Assembly (NCBI GenBank): GCA_951804945.1
Contig: OX638149.1
Span: forward strand, 88,412,001-88,476,000
Source: Podarcis cretensis
Taxonomy: Eukaryota
Direction of reading: 5' to 3'
DNA length: 64,000 nt
This document shows, piece by piece, positions 57,600 through 64,000 of the stretch. The translations under genes and the position numbers were made by a program. Within the stretch, counting starts at the first letter, position 1; each line of letters begins with the position of its first letter. A model generated the notes under the pieces. It was not told the DNA's origin. It ran no database searches and saw only the letters and a program-made list of their open reading frames with translations.

Positions 57600-58700
57600 G
57601 AGGAAACCTCTCTATGGGGTTAAGTCCCATTGAGTCCAATGGAACTGACTCCCGCCTGAAATGATGCAGGGTCTCAGGCTCAATTTCCTGTCTCGAAAGG
57701 AGAATCGTCTGAACCCGCCGCCCTTTTCTCTTGCAGCACTTAATCGCCCCCATAGCATCAAGAAGGTCCTTTCCTTCGTGCCCCCTTCCACACGCCCGGC
57801 ATAAAGGAACAACACCCGCAGAGTGGAACACGCTCTCCACGCATTAAAGACCTCACCTCCGGGTAGCGCCTCTCTTGCCTTGCTTTTCTCTATGGTTCTT
57901 TGACCGGAAACAATTCTTTTCTCTACTCTATCGTCCCCCTAGATATAGAGATATGAAAAGAGTTGCATTAAACTTATACTGTAAATGTATAAACTTATAA
58001 ATGTATATTAGCATAAATATCCTTTGATGATGATTCTCTACAAATGCATAATGACAGTCGTTTTGACATCTTCGGGGTGAATCCTCTATCTTGCCTTAGG
58101 AACAAGAATTCGATCCTAAATCAGAAATTACGATAAGGGTAGTGTGCAACTCTCACCTTTTTCTATCTCTACGATAACCCCCAGCTTCAGAAGGCGGAAG
58201 TTGGACCGAAGTCGGCATTTCCTGTGCTTATATGTGACAGCAGAGCGGACGCGTTTTCCGGCACTCTATGGTCCCTGAGGGAGCGTTACGTGTCTATATT
58301 TTTTCCTTCGCGGTCACGCCAACCCAACCATTTGCCTGCCTGCCTGGGTTCTGGACTTGCGAGGTGAAGATTAATCCCTTTAAAGCGGTTACGGCAACCC
58401 CTGGAAGTCGCTCTTGAAAGCTTCCCTTTATGGTGCCGCCTCTGGTCCCGGAACGTCAGTCAGCAGTTACCATAGAGTTGCGGGGTGGGAGCGGGCTCTG
58501 GGCGGCACAAAGCGGGGAGGGGGGATGAGTCTCGTTCTTCCTGGGGGGGGGGGAGAGAAGTGAAAGGAAAAGCTTTTGTTTTGTTTTAAGTGGAATGGGG
58601 CTGTGGGGCTCCTCGTCGGCCTAGGAAGGCGGTGGACAAGCAAACCAAAGAGGGAAAGGGAAGGAGGTGCCCGGTGGTGAGTTGACTTGGGTGGGCCCTC
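57600..58700. promoter_or_regulatory. Bidirectional promoter BCS1L/ZNF142
   Basis: CpG-enriched region between divergent genes. ETS-like CGGAAG/CCGGAA sites, donor-like sites at ~57855 (-) and ~58677 (+), clustered CTCTATGG motifs. Confidence 0.7.
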
Positions 58701-59274
58701 CAAGACTCTCACGGCATAGCTGTCAACTTTTCCCTTTTCTTGCGAGGAATCCTATTCGGAATAAGGGAATTTCCCTTAAAAAAAGAAAAACGTCGACAGC
58801 TATGTCTCACAGGGGTGCAAGGAAGGCAAAAGGTGCTCCCAGAGACTCATTGGCCCCCTAATGCTGTTGTATGTGTGCTTTGTAATGGGGTTGGGGCGGG
58901 CGGGTCATGGCCTGAAAAGGAAGGGGCCCCCACAGGGCTAAGCTGAGCCCTGGAGTTGGTTACTGGCCATTCTGCCTCAGGCATCCTCGTTCATCCTTTC
59001 CCTTAAAATATCCGTATTTCTCTCTCTCTTTCTCTTTCCTTGCACTTCAGAGAGCAGTAAAGATGGCCCACGCCTGGCACTGGGAGCCTGAACGGCTGCA
59101 GAAGAAGCCCACCAGGAGGAGGAGAGGAAACCGGGTGTGTAAGTTCAGCCTCATTGTTTTAAAGCCTGCTTCACCACCCAGTCAGGTGGCTAGATTCCTA
59201 CAGGGCTGCTTTACCCCAGCTAGTTGGGATCACTTGCCAGCTGCTATCCAAAAACATGCAGGAGAGGGGATATG

Positions 59275-59615
59275 GTAAGATGTGTATAAAACGATGCATG
59301 GTGTAGAGAAGGCAAACAGAACCATGTTTTTCTCCTTCTCTCCTAATATTGGAGCTTGGGGTCATCTAACAGAGCTGAAGGATAGGAGATTCAGGATATA
59401 TAGAAGGAAGGACTTCTTTATACAGTGTGTAATTAAGGTATGAAACTCACTGCCACAATATGTAGTGGGAGCCAGTAGCTTGTGTTACTTTAAAAAGGGA
59501 GCTAGACAAATTCACAGACAATAAGGCTATTAGTGGCTTCTAGGTGTGATGGCTATATTCTGCCTCTAGGTTCAGGGATATCATGTTTCTAAATACCGTT
59601 TACAGGGGAACAACA
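59275..59615 (+). mobile_element. Decayed CR1 3' fragment
   Basis: ATGCATGGTGTAGAGAA..GATTCAGGA..AAGGCTAT, similar to 5363-5580. Confidence 0.55.
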
Positions 59616-60906
59616 GTGGGCGAAAGTTTGGCAGAAGCTGACAGGACTTTTAATTCTAAATGGGCAGTGCCCTTCATTTTTTCTGGAAGTTTTGTTAATC
59701 ATAGAAATAACTATATCATCAAGCATACATGGCACTTGCATATCTAGCACGCTGTTACTTATGTTAATTTGGTCTGGAATCTTTCCTCTAAACAGTCTTG
59801 GGCATGATTATCTGAAGATGCATGCCAAAATGATTAGGTAACATATTTGTGAGTTTTACTGTGTGCCAGTAGGCAGTTCTGTGTGCTGTTCTTACAGGAA
59901 GCAAATTCAAACCCCCAAAATGTATGTCCCAGTGTGAGTCTAATCCTGGAAATTAGCTTTTCATCCAGTTACAACTGCCCATCTCTGAGCCAGGTTTATC
60001 TGGAATGAATGCAGTGGAGTTCAGCTGTATATGAAACTATTATCAAGGTGTTTAGACTCCAAGATTTGAAGAAAGAAATCTGGAGAGAGTGTTCCTATAG
60101 ATTAAAGTACTGGGCTTTACACAGGAAGAATTAACATACCTTTACCAGCTAGAGTGAAAAAGAACAGCTTGGTATTATATATATAATCTAGTACAGGAAG
60201 AAGTCTGCAGGATTGTAGTGTTGGGCTCTGCTGTGTTGCTAAAGCAGAACATTCTGCATATTGGTTCTGGGATGTAATATGTTTTGCAGTAATGGAGATG
60301 CTTTTAACTGAGCTAATAGAAGACAGTAGACTGTGCTGGCCAGTGGAAGTAGACTGGCAAAACCTCTTCAGGCTGTGAGGGTAGGCTGCAAATAACCCAA
60401 TAAATTGCTATCTTATCTAATGGTAGAGCAAGCCCCATTATGTTTTGACAGCCTAGATGCAGTGATAAAGACTATCAAAGTGTTTTCAGCTTTAAATTCT
60501 TCAGCAGTTTGCCTTAAGCCTCCATACAGTTGGTTTTAGTCTATTCCAGACTTGATTGTAAAAACCACTGACATAGCTGCATAAACTTTCATCTTTCCTC
60601 TGTGCTTCTCTTCTCCAGGAAAGTAAATCTGTGAATGTCCTGAATTTTCCCATCCTGAACCAAATACTGTCCTGTTGAGCTTTCTGCTTAAGCAGACATA
60701 GTTGCCAACTCCAATAGCTGCCTAATACTAACAAAGCTAACAGTTAATATTGGGCATTACAAAACCACCCCATACTCATTTAATTTGAAAAACTTAATCC
60801 TTGGTTGCTTCTCTTCAGGAAAGCAATGGTACCATTTTCTTGCTATGTTTTTAACAGGAGCTGTACTCCACTTTATGTCATGGTGCAAGGCTACACTGAG
60901 GAGTGA

Positions 60907-63378
60907 ATGACAATGAGCACGGGAGCAGTTACAACGGAACCTGTGGGAGGAGACAAGATGAACGCACTATGCCAGGAGCTCTTGCTACCCGGCTCAACAG
61001 ATGCAGGAAATGAGAACAACCATAGCATCTCCAGTGAGAACTTAGTGGTGGGACAAAGCTTGCTTTTAACAGAGGCTTCTGTGGTAGGAACAGAAACTGC
61101 TGGTGTTGAAATATTTGTAGAAGCCGTGACTAGCAGCATGTCCCTCAGCAATCCTGGCAGCACTACAGGTATGTTGTGCCCTGATGGGTCTTCATAACCA
61201 TGTAAGAATGAACCACTTTGTCACTGTCATCTTTTAGTGTGAGTGGTTTCTGTCATGTAGCATTTGTATTCTAAAGGAACATCAGAAAGAAGCCTTAGGA
61301 TCTTAGGTCTGGTACAAAAGGCCAAGAGACCTGTGAAAGAGTAGTCTGGCTTTTCTGCACCTGATACTGTATTCTGCAATTGTAAGTTGCTTTGATACAT
61401 TTTAAGTAGTCAGCAGCAAATAAATGCAAGAAAAATGAAGGTAAAGTTTGTACATCTGTTATCTGGGAGAAGGGATATCTGCCACATTCTGTTATCTGCT
61501 CTAGGAATTGGAGAGAATGGAGATTGTGTTCTGATTGGGGTTCCTGGGTCCTTGTTATTATCAATTGTCCAGCAAATCACCAAGATAAGCTATGACTGTG
61601 GCTAGATTTGCTTGAGGTACTGTGAGCAGCTGAGATGGAAAAGGTGCAAGGTGTATTTGCCTAATAGGAGGAGGCAGGGATTTATTTTCACTGTATCTGA
61701 TGGGATATTGCTGAGCTTGCAATAGGCATGAAGCTTACTGTGGATCTGTTTGCTGCACCTTCATAAGGCTGCTTATGGGAGCTACCGTTCAATGTCATGG
61801 TGATAAATATTGGACTAATGCCATGGAATATAAGGACCAGAGGCCTTACTATGTTCTTTGAGGTCTACAGTTTTGCCTGCAGTGCCTCTGCCATACTCAG
61901 TACAAATGACTGAACTATCTTTAGGACTAAGAAGCTAATGTCTTTATTAGGGCAAAGGGGCTGATACTGTGTGCCTCAACATCATCCTCTGCCCCCGTCT
62001 CTTTTAACAGTGCTGAGGAGCATGAGGGGTATAGAATATGGGAGATGGGAGAGTGCAGTGCGGTGCCTTGGAGGACATCAAGAGCATAGGATTTGCAGGG
62101 TACCATATTTACAGCAAAGTAGGGTAGGATGTTTAATGAAGGAGAAGACACCACTTACAGGGATGTTTAGGTGGTGGCATGCGGGAAGGGGGCTTAGGTG
62201 TTAAAGATTTGGAAGCTTACAAGGGAGTGATTGGCATCAGTGATCTTGCAAAGGAATTTGAGAGGCAAGATTCATATAGGTGGTACACACTGAGACAGGA
62301 TAGTAAGGGACACGTTTGAAAATTAAGCAGTGGTCCTACCATTGCCCTCCTTCAAATCAAACTGGTGATCTTTTCCTGTGAAAATGTTTGGGTGTGGTTC
62401 TAAACACCTGAAGAATGGAGAGTCCCCGCCCCCCGCTCCAACCCATTTGAATTGAATCCTGTGTTCTGATAACAGTTCTTATAGGTGACTCTCCACCTAT
62501 ATGCTGATGGCTGTGACAGAGCTTTGGAGAATCCTTGCCTGTAAGCTGACACAGTTTTTAGTAATTTTTGCCTTGGACGAGATTTGAACTGAGGCATGAG
62601 GTAGGTGTGTGTGGATTTTTTTCTACCTTATTTTCAGCTGTTTTTTTTAAATATCTCCTTACAGAGGTCTTGGTTAAAGTTGTGGAGCTCTATTTCTGCG
62701 AACGGTGTGGGCAGAGCTTCTCTGACCCTGGCCTGCTTTCCCAGCATCAGTGCATTGAGCTTCCCAGAGGACAACTTGCAAGCATCCCTCAGCTCCAAGA
62801 GCTACCACTGGGCCTTACAAGCCAGAGCCTGGCTGTCTCTGGAGAGCAGTCGACAGTCTATGAGGCACAAGCGCAGGGCTTGCTGGATAGAAGCAGGCAG
62901 GACCCTGAATTCTGTACCGATCCCCTCTTGTGCCCTGTTTGTCAGGTGGAGTTTGCCTTGCCCACTGAGCTGAAGGAGCATTTCAGGGACCACCAAAAAC
63001 CTACGGGTCCCCAAGTGTGCTTTGAAGAAGGCTGTCATTTCAGCTCGGAGGATCGCAAGCAACTCCGGGGGCACCTGCGGCACGTCCACCAGGTGTGCCC
63101 AGTCACCTGCACCTACCGTGGCTGCTCGCTCTTATTCCGAAGCCGAGAGGACATGGACCTTCACCGCAGAAGCCACTTCCCGTTTCACTGTAGGCACTGT
63201 GACTTCATCAGCGGCAACACCAAGCAGTTTGGGCAGCACCGACACAGCCATCTGCAGGAGGCCACACAGCAGGATGTGGAGGCAGCGCTGGAGACGGGAG
63301 CAGTCGCTGAGAGCACTGAGCACAGCTTCACTGCCATAGTGGGGAAGCGGCTCACCCATCACCTGCTTCTAACATCAG
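60907..63378 (+). CDS. ZNF142: Zinc finger protein 142, first two coding exons; continues beyond the window
   Basis: Exon 60907-61168 (..MNALCQELLLP..VEIFVEAV..) and exon 62665-63378 (VLVKVVELYFCERCGQSF..HQC; several C2H2 fingers, e.g. CPVCQVEF..HFRDH, CRHCDF..HRHSH). Phase 1 junction is consistent. Head-to-head with BCS1L as in mammals. Confidence 0.88.
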
Positions 63379-64000
63379 GTACTTGGGGCTGAGGTAGAGA
63401 CTAGGGTGGGCAGAAGGGGGAATGCTTGGGAGCGATGCCAGCCACCTACTTCTTAAAAACCCCACTGGATCCTAGGGGTCTTTTAACTCACTTTTGTGAC
63501 AGCTTCCACTTCACTTAGAGACAATGCCATAGGCAGAGGTAAAGGGGTGAAGCTCCATTAGTCAGCTGGCTTTGTGGAATGACATTGTTTGTGGATGTGG
63601 AAAATTATAGCATGAAAAGATGGTGGTAGATTCTGAATGGTGAACCATGGCAGGGAAAGGGATTTGAAATGGTGGGAAAGTTGGGGGAATGCAGTAGCTG
63701 AGAGCAGCTCTCCCTTTGAAAATGCCCAAAGTTTAATCCTCCTCTCTGTCAAACCATGAAGGTCTTACTTCCACTTTTTATGTGTCTTAATTTTAACCCT
63801 CTTTTCTAGTTCCTGTTCTACTTCCCTTTGCCTGGTTCTCAATATGCATTTATTTGCATGTTATCATTTGCTCATCTCAAGCCTTTTCTCTATAAAAAAA
63901 TGGAGTCCCTGGTTTATATTTCATTTTCTTTCCAAGGAAGGGAAGAACCACTAAGCAAGGCTGAGAATTGCTTGGAAGTTCAGAGTGGTTGGGATGTGAC

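Noticed and set aside
1-64000. CRISPR arrays, rRNA or prokaryotic systems
   Set aside because: The sequence is spliced vertebrate DNA; I found no regularly spaced repeats or rRNA similarity.

Overview
Vertebrate genomic DNA, most likely from a lacertid lizard (inferred from Sauria-type and Squam-type SINEs). It is homologous to the human 2q35 gene cluster. Left to right: the last five coding exons of RETREG2/FAM134A (+); a complete 26-coding-exon STK36 (-, 1319 aa by my exon assembly); a CpG bidirectional promoter with an RFX X-box; complete RNF25 (+, 10 exons, 514 aa); an unexpected five-exon olfactomedin-4-like gene (+, ~40.95-48.25 kb); complete BCS1L (-, 7 coding exons, 419 aa); a second bidirectional promoter; and the first two coding exons of ZNF142 (+). 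The main anomaly is the OLFM4-like gene between RNF25 and BCS1L. Its putative signal-peptide exon, its CxC/coiled-coil exons and its splice sites are intact. Its last exon (the olfactomedin propeller) carries a CGA>TGA-type nonsense codon, a deletion with a 13-bp tandem duplication, and a +1 T frameshift. It is either a young pseudogene or a source of an NMD-escaping, secreted, propeller-less ~225-aa protein. Introns contain SINEs with target-site duplications, Tc1/mariner- and hAT-like MITEs, CR1 and RTE fragments, and microsatellites. All exon boundaries were read by eye and checked for phase. Homology statements come from recalled family knowledge, not database searches.
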